Assembly (NCBI GenBank): GCA_963808235.1
Contig: CAWEEQ010000004.1
Location: forward strand, 3,392,001 to 3,456,000
Length of the DNA: 64,000 nt
Source: an uncultured delta proteobacterium
Lineage (GTDB): Bacteria; Desulfobacterota; Binatia; Binatales; Binataceae
Direction of reading: 5' to 3'
Below, piece after piece: positions 21,377 to 30,301 of the stretch (positions within the stretch are counted from its first letter, which is position 1; every line of letters starts with the position of its first letter). The notes under the pieces are model-generated. The model was given only the letters and a program-made list of their open reading frames with translations, had not been told where the DNA came from and did not search any database. The position numbers and the translations under genes are program-made.

Positions 21377-21685
21377 ATGGCTCGCGGGAAGAAGATTCCG
21401 CCACTTCACCCCGGTGAAGTCTTGTACGAGGACTTCGTCGTTCCGACCGGCATCAGCATCCATCGGCTCGCGATGGATCTGCGCGTGCCGGCTAACCGGA
21501 TCGCCGAAATCGTAAAAGGCCAGCGCGCGATCTCGGCAGACACTGCGCTCCGCCTGGCCCGCTACCTCGGCACTTCGGCGGAATTCTGGCTGGGATTACA
21601 GAGCGACTACGAACTCGAAAAAGCAAAGGACCAACTCGCGGCGAGAATCGCGCGCGAGGTTCATCCTCGCAATCGCGCCGCATAA
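21377..21685 (+). CDS. higA: HigA addiction-module antitoxin (HTH)
   Basis: PLHPGEVL, AISADTALRLARYLGTSAEFWLGLQ. Confidence 0.93.
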   Translation: MARGKKIPPLHPGEVLYEDFVVPTGISIHRLAMDLRVPANRIAEIVKGQRAISADTALRLARYLGTSAEFWLGLQSDYELEKAKDQLAARIAREVHPRNRAA

Positions 21686-21781
21686 TCGCTCGCGACCGAT
21701 GCTCTTTTCAGCGAGCGGCAAGTAGGCTATCCAAGGAATAAAGGCGGATATAACCTTAACCCGATCTGGAGGTTCTAACCC

Positions 21782-22648
21782 TTGCACGCGATCACTTACG
21801 ACGCTCCTGGCACGCTTGATCAAGCGGTCAGCATCCTTAAAACCCACGGCGAAAACGCCCGCCCAATCTGCGGCGGCACCGACATCATCATCCAATTGCG
21901 GGCCGGAGTCCGGCGCACCGAGCATCTGGTCGATGTCAAGAAAATCAAGGAACTGTGCAGCCTCTCTTTCGATCCGAAGAAGGGATTGCGCCTCGGCGCA
22001 GCCGTGCCGTGCATCGAGATTTACGAAAACGACCTGATGCGGCGCCACTATCCCGGACTGACTGAGGCCGCGCATCTGATCGGCTCGCTGCAGATCCAGA
22101 ACCGCGCATCGGTGGGCGGCAATCTATGCAACGGATCGCCCGCCGCCGACACTACGCCGGCGCTGATTGCGCTCGGCGCCCGCGCCCGAATCGTCGGTCC
22201 CAAGGGCGAGCGCGAAGTGCCGGTAGATACTTTCGTCGTGTCGCCCGGACGGACAATACTGCAGCCGGGCGAGTTGCTGGTCGAGCTGCTGATCGCTCCG
22301 CCTCCGCCGCATTCGAGCGACGCGTATCTGCGTTTCATCCCGCGCAACGAGATGGATATCGCAGTCGTCGGAGTGGGAGTGGCGCTCACGCTGGACGGCG
22401 ACAAAGTCAAAGCGGCACGAATCGGCCTCGGCGCCGTGGCCGCAACTCCGCTGCTCGCGAGCAAGGCCGCCGACGCGCTCATCGGCAAGAAGCTCGACGA
22501 CGCGACTCTCGAGGCCGCTGGCCGCGCCGCGAGCGATGCGACTTCGCCGATCGACGACATGCGCGGCACCGCCGAGTACCGGCGTCACATTACGGCTGTG
22601 CTCACCCGCCGCGCGACTTCGATCGCGGCTGAGCGCGCGAAGAAGTAA
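21782..22648 (+). CDS. Xanthine dehydrogenase family FAD-binding subunit (CoxM/CutM-like)
   Basis: GGTD, QIQNRASVGGNLCNGSPAAD, PIDDMRGTAEYR. Confidence 0.92.
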   Translation: MHAITYDAPGTLDQAVSILKTHGENARPICGGTDIIIQLRAGVRRTEHLVDVKKIKELCSLSFDPKKGLRLGAAVPCIEIYENDLMRRHYPGLTEAAHLIGSLQIQNRASVGGNLCNGSPAADTTPALIALGARARIVGPKGEREVPVDTFVVSPGRTILQPGELLVELLIAPPPPHSSDAYLRFIPRNEMDIAVVGVGVALTLDGDKVKAARIGLGAVAATPLLASKAADALIGKKLDDATLEAAGRAASDATSPIDDMRGTAEYRRHITAVLTRRATSIAAERAKK

Positions 22649-22690
22649 CCAGCACGGAAAAACGAAAAATCAAATACGGCAAATATCACA

Positions 22691-23194
22691 ATGGCCAAAA
22701 AGACACTTGTTGAAGCCACCATCAATGGTGAAACGGTCGAGTTCCTCTGCGAGCCGCGCCAAAGCCTGCTCGAAACTTTGCGCGACGTCGTCGAACTCAC
22801 CGGCGCCAAGGAAGGATGCCTGACCGGCGACTGTGGGGCATGCAGCGTGCTGGTCGACGGCCGCGTTGTCTGCTCGTGCCTGATGCTCGGGGTCGAGGCG
22901 CAAGGTAAAAAGATCGCGACGGTTGAAGGCCTCGCGACCACCGGCGTCCTGCATACGCTGCAGCGAAAGTTTCTCGAACACGCAAGCCTGCAATGCGGCA
23001 TCTGCACGCCGGGATTCCTGATGGCGGCGAAGTCGCTGCTCGATCACAATCCGAAACCGACCGAGCCCGAAGTCCGCTATGCGCTCGCGGGGAATCTGTG
23101 CCGATGCACCGGCTATGACAAAATTGTAAAGGCGGTCCTCGATTCGGCCGCCGAAATTCGTTCGCAAGGTGAAGGCAAAGCGGCGGCGCGATAA
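22691..23194 (+). CDS. Xanthine dehydrogenase family 2Fe-2S subunit (CoxS-like)
   Basis: GCLTGDCGAC..C, QCGICTPG, GNLCRCTGY. Confidence 0.94.
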   Translation: MAKKTLVEATINGETVEFLCEPRQSLLETLRDVVELTGAKEGCLTGDCGACSVLVDGRVVCSCLMLGVEAQGKKIATVEGLATTGVLHTLQRKFLEHASLQCGICTPGFLMAAKSLLDHNPKPTEPEVRYALAGNLCRCTGYDKIVKAVLDSAAEIRSQGEGKAAAR

Positions 23195-23233
23195 TACGCG
23201 CGCATCTTTTTGAAACTTTAGAGGTTTGAACCC

Positions 23234-25522
23234 ATGGCTGCATCAACGACCAACGGCAATTTCAAAGTTATCGGCACCCGCCCGATTCGTCCCGACGGCG
23301 AGGACAAGGTAACCGGCCGCGCCAAGTACGGCGCCGATTACAGTTTCCCCGGGATGCTGCATGGCAAGGTGCTGCGCAGCCCGCACGCGCACGCGAAGAT
23401 CAAGTCGATAAAGATCGACAAGGCGCTGAAGCTCCCCGGCGTCAAGGCGATCGTCACGTCGAAGGACCTGCCCGAGGCCGAGAACAAGATCGAGCAGGCC
23501 GGCGAGATGGCGATCAATCCGATGTACCTCTCGATGAACATCCTCGCCCACGACAAGGTCCTCTACGACGGCCATGCGATCGCCGCGGTCGCCGCGACCA
23601 GCCCGCATATCGCCGAAGAAGCGATCCGCCTCATCGAAGTCGAATACGAAGTGCTGCCACCGGTGATGACCGTTGATGCCGCCATGAAGCCGGGCGCAAC
23701 GATCCTGCTGAAAGATCTCCGCAACAAAGAAGACGGTGACAAGCAGACCAACGTCGCGCAGCACTACCAGTTCAAGCGCGGCGACGTCGCGGCCGGATTC
23801 AAGAGCGCGGATTTCGTGATCGAGCGCGAGTTCAACACCGCGATGGTCCACCAGGGATACATCGAGCCGCACAACGCGGTCGGCATCTACAATTCCGACG
23901 GACAGGCGACGATCTACTGCTCGACGCAGGGCGCGTTCGACGTTCGGATGCTCAGTGCGCAGGTGCTCGGCATGCAGGTTGGCAAAATCAAAGTCGTGCC
24001 CGCGGAAATCGGCGGCGGCTTCGGCGGCAAGACGACGATTTATCTCGAGCCGCTGTCGGTGCTGCTCTCGAAGAAGACCGGCGCGCCGGTGAAGCTCGTG
24101 ATGTCGCGCACCGAAGTGCTGCGCGCGAGCGGCCCGACCTCCGGCTCGAAGATCAAGGTGAAGCTCGGCGCGACCAAGGACGGAAAATTGGTCGCCGCGG
24201 AAATCTGGATGGCCTACGAGGCCGGCGCGTACCCAGGCTCGCCGGTCGGCGCAGGCGCGATGTGTATCATCGCGCCGTACACGATCGAGAATTTCGTAAT
24301 CGACGCGTACGACGTGGTGGTCAATCGTCCCAAGACCGCGGCCTATCGCGCGCCCGGCGCCACCAACGCGGCGTTCGCGTCGGAGACGATTATCGACGAG
24401 CTCGCGGAAAAGTGCGGAATCGATCCGATCGACTTCCGACTGAAAAACGCCGCCAAGGAAGGCGCTGCGCAGGTGGTCGGCCCTCCCTTCAAGCGCATCG
24501 GATTGATCCAGACCCTCGAGGCGATCAAGAACAGCCCGCACAACAAATCGAAACTCACCGGCAAGTTCCGCGGACGCGGCGTCGCATCGGGATTCTGGTT
24601 CAATGCCGGCATGCAATCGTCAGCGACCGTGAACATCCACACCGACGGCACCGCGAGCGTCGTCACCGGCTCGCCGGATATCGGCGGCTCGCGCGCCTCG
24701 ATGGCGATGATCACCGCCGAGGTGCTCGGCCTCCAGATGACCGACGTGCGCGCGATCACCGCCGATACCGATTCCATCGGCCACACCGACGTGACCGGCG
24801 GAAGCCGCGTGACCTTCGCAACCGGGATGGCCGTGTACGAGGCCGCCAAGGACGCCGAGCGCCAGCTGATCGAGCGCGCCGCAAAAGTCTGGGAGAAGAA
24901 ACCCGACGAAGTCGAATTCCGCGACGGGATGCTCCATGCGAAAGGCAACGGCGTGCCGCCGCTGTCGATCAAGCAGCTCGCGCCGCGCTTCCCCCGCACC
25001 GGCGGTCCGATCACCGGACGCGCCAGCGTCAACGCGCGCGGCGTCGGCCCCGGTTTCGCCACCACGCTCGTCGATGTCGAAGTCGATCCCGATACCGGCA
25101 AAGTGCAGATCCTCCGATGCACCGTCGCGCAGGATGCCGGCAAAGCGATTCATCCGAGCTACGTCGAAGGCCAGATGCAAGGCGGCACCGCGCAGGGCCT
25201 CGGCTGGGCGCTCAACGAAGAATATTTTTACGACGACAAGGGAACTCTCCGTAACACCGGATTTCTCGATTACCGGATGCCGACCTGTCTCGACTTGCCG
25301 ATGATCGAAACGGCCATCGTCGAGGAAGCAAACCCCGGCCATCCGCTGGGAGTGCGCGGCGTCGGCGAGGTGTCGATAGTGCCGCCGGTAGCGGCAGTTG
25401 CTAACGCAATCTATCGAGCGGTGGGTGTCCGGATGACGGAGACGCCGATGTCTCCGCCGAAGCTGCTGAAGGCGATGCTGAAGCATCGCGGCGCAACGCA
25501 ACATTCAGCAGCGGCGGATTGA
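23234..25522 (+). CDS. Xanthine dehydrogenase family molybdopterin-binding subunit
   Basis: KVTGRAKY, GGGFGGK, AYRAPG, GQMQGG, RGVGE. Confidence 0.94.
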   Translation: MAASTTNGNFKVIGTRPIRPDGEDKVTGRAKYGADYSFPGMLHGKVLRSPHAHAKIKSIKIDKALKLPGVKAIVTSKDLPEAENKIEQAGEMAINPMYLSMNILAHDKVLYDGHAIAAVAATSPHIAEEAIRLIEVEYEVLPPVMTVDAAMKPGATILLKDLRNKEDGDKQTNVAQHYQFKRGDVAAGFKSADFVIEREFNTAMVHQGYIEPHNAVGIYNSDGQATIYCSTQGAFDVRMLSAQVLGMQVGKIKVVPAEIGGGFGGKTTIYLEPLSVLLSKKTGAPVKLVMSRTEVLRASGPTSGSKIKVKLGATKDGKLVAAEIWMAYEAGAYPGSPVGAGAMCIIAPYTIENFVIDAYDVVVNRPKTAAYRAPGATNAAFASETIIDELAEKCGIDPIDFRLKNAAKEGAAQVVGPPFKRIGLIQTLEAIKNSPHNKSKLTGKFRGRGVASGFWFNAGMQSSATVNIHTDGTASVVTGSPDIGGSRASMAMITAEVLGLQMTDVRAITADTDSIGHTDVTGGSRVTFATGMAVYEAAKDAERQLIERAAKVWEKKPDEVEFRDGMLHAKGNGVPPLSIKQLAPRFPRTGGPITGRASVNARGVGPGFATTLVDVEVDPDTGKVQILRCTVAQDAGKAIHPSYVEGQMQGGTAQGLGWALNEEYFYDDKGTLRNTGFLDYRMPTCLDLPMIETAIVEEANPGHPLGVRGVGEVSIVPPVAAVANAIYRAVGVRMTETPMSPPKLLKAMLKHRGATQHSAAAD

Positions 25523-25569
25523 TCACAGGTGATCAATTGGGCCGGGCGTAATGCCCGGCCCTTTTTCCG

Positions 25570-25833
25570 ATGGCCACAGTCGTCATTCCCGCGCTGCTCC
25601 GAAAATTCACCGGCGGTATCGAACGTGCCGATGTGCCCGGGCGCACCGTGCGCGAGTTAATCCGCAACTTGGGCGATCGCTTTCCAGGTATTTCCGAACA
25701 GTTGCTCGAAGATGGGGACATTCGGCCTTCGGTCGCCATATCGATCGACGGTGAGATGGCGACCGGCGGCATACTCGATCGGGTCGGCGCCGACAGCGAG
25801 GTTCACTTTATTCCGGCGCTCGGTGGCGGCTGA
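25570..25833 (+). CDS. MoaD/ThiS family sulfur carrier
   Basis: 87 aa with beta-grasp pattern and C-terminal PALGGG. Confidence 0.88.
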   Translation: MATVVIPALLRKFTGGIERADVPGRTVRELIRNLGDRFPGISEQLLEDGDIRPSVAISIDGEMATGGILDRVGADSEVHFIPALGGG

Positions 25834-25938
25834 GCGCGCGAGATGGATGACCAAATTGCACGCTTTAGTACGCTTATCAGGCGTATAGTAGCAACTGGAC
25901 GCTGGTTGCAACCCAGTTGGACTTAAGTACAATACGCT

Positions 25939-26010
25939 TGCTGGCCGGGGTTTGCCCCCCTTTTCCCGGTTGGCAAAGGGCCGGGCAGAGCAATCTGTCC
26001 GGCCCTAATT
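25939..26010 (+). ncRNA. Candidate small RNA with two hairpins and a C-rich loop
   Basis: TTGCAA-16 nt-TACAAT upstream; hairpin 25939-25975 with CCCCCC loop; hairpin 25978-26005 with GCAA loop. Confidence 0.4.
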
Positions 26011-26128
26011 CATTCGTTCAGAACGCCCGACTGACTGCTCAGTTCAGTGCGCGCACGGCCAATCTCACGATCCGGCCGGATTTTTTCGGACTTGACTTCC
26101 ATGCAAGATTCAAGCATTGATTCAAGCA

Positions 26129-26812
26129 ATGATGGAAGCAACGCTTGAACAGGGCCACTCCGAAGACACCGCCACTCGCATCGTCGACGCCGCCGAACGC
26201 TTGTTCCTCCGCGACGGTATCGACGCGACCTCGCTTCGCGCCGTAACGCGCGAGGCCGGGGTTAACGTCGCGGCGATCCACTACTACTTCGGCTCGCGCG
26301 ACGAACTGCTGCGCGCCGTCCTCGATCGAATCGTCACCCCGGTCAACGAGCGCCGACTCGTTCTGCTCGATCATGCGCTTGCCGCAAGCCGGGGCAGGCC
26401 GCTCGCGGTCGAGGAGATCCTGCGCATTTTTCTGTTGCCCGATCTCGAGGCGGTCGAAAGACTCCGCGATCGAGGCGTCGAGATTGCGCATTTTGTCGCG
26501 CGCGCTTACGCGGCGCCCTCACCCACGTTGAAAGCGTTGATCGAAGAGCAGTTCGACGAATGCTCGACGAGATTTCTCGCCGAACTATCGCGCGCTCTGC
26601 CCACCATCGCTCGCACGGAAATCGAGTTTCGCTTCCGCTGCATCGTCGGTGTGATCGTTCGGCTGTTCGGAGCGGCTGCGCCGCGCGGGATCTTAGGCGG
26701 TCTCGACGCCGCCGAAATCGCGCCCACGCTCGATCGCCTTGTCGCCTTTCTGGCTCCGGGTCTGACCGCACCGATCTCGGCGCCCGCTTCTCGATCGAAA
26801 CGAACCCGTTGA
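26129..26812 (+). CDS. TetR/AcrR family regulator (PsrA-like)
   Basis: RIVDAAERLF...TSLRAVTREAGVNVAAIHYYFGS HTH. Confidence 0.92.
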   Translation: MMEATLEQGHSEDTATRIVDAAERLFLRDGIDATSLRAVTREAGVNVAAIHYYFGSRDELLRAVLDRIVTPVNERRLVLLDHALAASRGRPLAVEEILRIFLLPDLEAVERLRDRGVEIAHFVARAYAAPSPTLKALIEEQFDECSTRFLAELSRALPTIARTEIEFRFRCIVGVIVRLFGAAAPRGILGGLDAAEIAPTLDRLVAFLAPGLTAPISAPASRSKRTR

Positions 26813-26865
26813 CGCCTGGTGAAGTCGCAAAATGAATTTCAATCGCAACGCAGGAGTGCATCGCA

Positions 26866-27795
26866 ATGCCAAACCCAGCGCATGAAATGTCCAGCCGACG
26901 CTGCGCCGCCACTCGTGTGCGGCCGCTAATCCGTCCGAGTTGGCTCTCGGCAAAAGTATGGCCATTCCAAACGTTCGAAATCGAAGTGAACGATATGCAG
27001 ATTGCCTTCACCGACGTCGGCCGTCACGACGCGCCTGCGATTCTGTTCGTGCACACTGGAACCTGGTCCTTCATCTGGCGCGACTTAATCACGCGCCTTG
27101 CCGCTGACTTCCGATGCATCGCGCTCGACGCACCCGGAACCGGGCAGAGCGCGCCGATGCCCGCGCGCGCAATCACACTTGAGAACTCCGCTCGCGCGGT
27201 GAATGGTTTAATCGAGGGCCTCGAGCTGGAAAATCTCATCCTCGCCGTTCACGACCTGGGAGGTCCTGCTGGGCTCGCAGGAGCGGCGCGGTCCACGGCG
27301 CGGGTTCGCGGAATCGCCGCAATCAATACCTTTGGATGGAAGCCGTCGGGCGCGATGTTCCGCGCGATGCTCGCCCTGATGGGCAGTGCGCCAATCCGCG
27401 AACTCGACGTGATGACCGGTTTTCTCACCCGGATTACCGCGACGACTTTCGGCGTCGGCCGCCATTTCGATCAGGCCAGCCGCGACGCATTTCGCGCACC
27501 ACTTGGTTCTCAAGGACGGCGCGCGTTTCATCTCTATCTAAATGACGCACGAAATTGCGACGCACTCTACGCCGAAGTCGCATCCGCACTCGCGGGCCCG
27601 TTCGCGAAACTGCCGCTAGTAACCATCTTCGGCGAGCGCAACGACCCGCTCGGCTTCCAGCCGCGATGGAAAGCGATGTTCCCCGACGCTCAACAGATAG
27701 TCGTCGCGAGGGGAAATCATTTTCCGATGTGCGACGATCCCGACCTGGTAGCCGACGCAATCCGCAAGTGGCATCGCGAGCGCGTGAAACCTTAG
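26866..27795 (+). CDS. Alpha/beta hydrolase (haloalkane dehalogenase/epoxide hydrolase-like)
   Basis: WSFIWR, DAPGTG, nucleophile HDLGG, GNHF. Confidence 0.85.
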   Translation: MPNPAHEMSSRRCAATRVRPLIRPSWLSAKVWPFQTFEIEVNDMQIAFTDVGRHDAPAILFVHTGTWSFIWRDLITRLAADFRCIALDAPGTGQSAPMPARAITLENSARAVNGLIEGLELENLILAVHDLGGPAGLAGAARSTARVRGIAAINTFGWKPSGAMFRAMLALMGSAPIRELDVMTGFLTRITATTFGVGRHFDQASRDAFRAPLGSQGRRAFHLYLNDARNCDALYAEVASALAGPFAKLPLVTIFGERNDPLGFQPRWKAMFPDAQQIVVARGNHFPMCDDPDLVADAIRKWHRERVKP

Positions 27796-27799
27796 CCGA

Positions 27800-28198
27800 T
27801 CAGGTCATGAAGACTTCGCGGACGTGGTTGGTGTCGTTGTACTCGCGAACCTGCGCGATCTTGTCGCCCTTGAACAGGACGTAGAAGTGATAGCGGTTCG
27901 CGTATTTCTTCCCATTCGATGCGATCGTATCGGACTCGCATTGAATCGCGACGTGCGGCCCCTCGGCGACTATTGTATGAAGCTTCATGTTCAAGCCGTT
28001 GGGGAACATCGCCTTCAGCATCGGTGGCATCGATTTCAGAAACGCATCCTTGCCGCCTATCGGCGTGACGCCAGGCAGCCGTCCCATCATCTCGAATTCG
28101 AAATCGTCCGTAATCAGGTCCGCGAAGGTCTTCGTATCCGGCTTTTCAAGACCCTTTAGAAAAGTGACGGCTCGTTCCTTCTGTTGTTCGAGGTTCAT
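27800..28198 (-). CDS. NTF2/SnoaL-like protein
   Basis: IVAEG..VA, Y.NRYHF, REYNDT. Confidence 0.85.
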   Translation of the reverse strand: MNLEQQKERAVTFLKGLEKPDTKTFADLITDDFEFEMMGRLPGVTPIGGKDAFLKSMPPMLKAMFPNGLNMKLHTIVAEGPHVAIQCESDTIASNGKKYANRYHFYVLFKGDKIAQVREYNDTNHVREVFMT

Positions 28199-28275
28199 TC
28201 AAGCTCTCCCAAATAAAAGGCGGCGGCGCGCGCGTGACGGGCGCGCAACCGCCGGGAATGATGTTTGCCGGTCGA

Positions 28276-28740
28276 CTACTGCTTGCGCCGCCGGAAGACC
28301 AGCACCGAGCACGGAGCGTTGCGCACAATCTTCTCGGCTACGCTGCCGATAATGAAATGCTCCGAGCCGGTTCGTCCGTGAGTAGCGAGCAGGATCAAAT
28401 CGATCTCGTTGCTCTTGGCGTACTCGACGAGCTTCTGCACCGGATGGCCGACCTCGGCGTTGGTCAAGACCTTTTTGGAATCGCCGAATTCATCTTTCTT
28501 GATTCGTTTGAGTTCCTCTTCCGCCTGCTCGAGCATCGCAGCCTCGCGCACCAGTTCGCGGCTCTGTTCCGCGTTGGTCGCGAGCGGCAACGGGACGAAG
28601 GTATGATGCGGTGCGATGACGTGCACCAGGTGAACTTCCGCTCCCACATCCTTGGCCAGTTCCATCGCGCCGCGCATCGCCTCCATCGAATGTTCCGAAA
28701 AGTCGATCGGCGCGAGAATTTTCTTTACGTTCTGAATCAT
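28276..28740 (-). CDS. Universal stress protein
   Basis: KILAPIDFS, DLILLATHGRTG, GSVAEKIVRNAPCSVL. Confidence 0.93.
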   Translation of the reverse strand: MIQNVKKILAPIDFSEHSMEAMRGAMELAKDVGAEVHLVHVIAPHHTFVPLPLATNAEQSRELVREAAMLEQAEEELKRIKKDEFGDSKKVLTNAEVGHPVQKLVEYAKSNEIDLILLATHGRTGSEHFIIGSVAEKIVRNAPCSVLVFRRRKQ

Positions 28741-28938
28741 GCAGTCCTCCCTGAAACCCAGCAATAACACCCACTCCGCCACCCCTGCAAACGCGCTCCT
28801 GTGCGAAGCGCCGCTCTTTCTTATCTCGCCCGTTATTTCACGCGGGAGGCGGCCGGCCGCCCGGCGGCTCGTAAGTGAGGGTGCAGCCGCCTCAGGCAAG
28901 ACGCCAAACAACGCATATCAGCGTCCGCGTTCCCCTTC

Positions 28939-28966
28939 CGTCGTCCCGACCGTAGTGGAAGGACCT
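28939..28966 (+). repeat. REP-like palindrome, family B (degenerate)
   Basis: CGTCGTCCCGACCGTAGTGGAAGGACCT; related to TGTCATTCTGAGCAGCGAAGAATCC at 60342. Confidence 0.45.
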
Positions 28967-29049
28967 CCGCGAAAGCGATGCTCTTTCTTTTCCTTTTCTG
29001 TCATCTTGAGATTCGTAGAAGAAAATTTCGCGTAAAAAAGGACCACCCC

Positions 29050-30105
29050 ATGAAAGGAACCGTCTTCCACGGACCCCACGACGTCCGCGTCGAGCGCGTC
29101 GACGACCCCAGCCTCCAATCCTCCACCGACGCGATCGTCCGCATCACCCGCGCCGGCATCTGCGGCTCCGACCTGCACTTCTATCACGGACAGTTCCCGA
29201 TCGCGCCCGGCTTCGTGCTCGGGCACGAGGGCGTCGGCGTGATCGAGGAAGTCGGCGCCGGCGTCGATCGCTTGAAGAAGGGGCAACGCGTGGTCGTGTC
29301 GGGAGTGGTCGCGTGTGGGCGATGCTTCTTCTGCCGGCGCGGACAATCCTCGCAATGCGCCGAGAGCGGCTCTGCCGTTTTCGGCTATGGAAGCAACTCC
29401 GCGGGCAAGCTCGGATACCTCGGCGGCGAGCAATCCGAAGCGGTGCGGGTCCCGATGGCCGACTACACCTGCTTCCCGCTCCCCGACGCAATCGACGACG
29501 ACGCAGCAGTCTTCCTGGCTGACATACTGCCCACCAGTTTCTTCGGCGCAATCAACGGCAACATCCGCCCCGGCGACACGGTCGCGATCTTCGGATGCGG
29601 CCCCGTAGGCCTATGCGCCATCATGAGCGCAAAGCTATTCGGCCCCGCCGAAGTGATCGCGGTCGATAGCATCGAGTACCGCCTGGATCTCGCCCGCAAA
29701 CTAGGCGCACATGCAGTAACAGCCGCCGAGGCGCAACAGACAATCCTCGATCGCACCGAGGGCCGCGGCGCCGACGTTGCGATAGAAGCAGTAGGCAACG
29801 AGTCCGCATTGACGGCAGCAATAATGTCCGCCCGCGGCGGCGGCACAGTCTCAGTAATAGGCGCCTTCGGCGCCCCATCCTTCAATTTCCCAATCGGCTA
29901 CGCCTTCGCCCGCGACCTAACTTTCAAAATCGGCCTGGCCAACATAAACGCCCACATCCCAGAACTATCCCGCCTGATAGAAAAGGGCGCGTTAGATCCG
30001 CATCCATTGATAACCCACATAATGCCTCTATCCGACGCAGCCAGAGGCTACGAAATCTTCAACGCCCACAAAGACAACGTAATAAAGGTCCTGCTAAAAC
30101 CCTGA
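29050..30105 (+). CDS. Zinc-dependent alcohol dehydrogenase (MDR; formaldehyde dehydrogenase-like subfamily)
   Basis: ICGSDLH, GHEGVG, CGRCFFC...C, DILPT, GCGPVG. Confidence 0.92.
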   Translation: MKGTVFHGPHDVRVERVDDPSLQSSTDAIVRITRAGICGSDLHFYHGQFPIAPGFVLGHEGVGVIEEVGAGVDRLKKGQRVVVSGVVACGRCFFCRRGQSSQCAESGSAVFGYGSNSAGKLGYLGGEQSEAVRVPMADYTCFPLPDAIDDDAAVFLADILPTSFFGAINGNIRPGDTVAIFGCGPVGLCAIMSAKLFGPAEVIAVDSIEYRLDLARKLGAHAVTAAEAQQTILDRTEGRGADVAIEAVGNESALTAAIMSARGGGTVSVIGAFGAPSFNFPIGYAFARDLTFKIGLANINAHIPELSRLIEKGALDPHPLITHIMPLSDAARGYEIFNAHKDNVIKVLLKP

Positions 30106-30160
30106 GATGAGCCGCGCCGAGAGCAAAAGACCGTCCGCGGGATTTTGCGATTGAATGAAC

Positions 30161-30184
30161 ACTGGGTGCAGGGTCACCCCTGCC
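30161..30184. repeat. Dispersed palindromic repeat, family C
   Basis: ACTGGGTGCAGGGTCACCCCTGCC, inverted match to 12124-12148. Confidence 0.65.
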
Positions 30185-30301
30185 GCCCCGCGCGTAGCGG
30201 TCCGACTCCGGTCTGAATCCCCATTAGCCAATCTAAACCCAAATTGCAGTGTCTGGCGGGATGCGGCGCGATGCGGTTCAATAGCAAGCGAGGTGTCTGA
30301 C

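Noticed and set aside
23234-25522. Aerobic CO dehydrogenase CoxL
   Set aside because: It lacks the AYxCSFR and AYxGAGR motifs and has no cox accessory genes.
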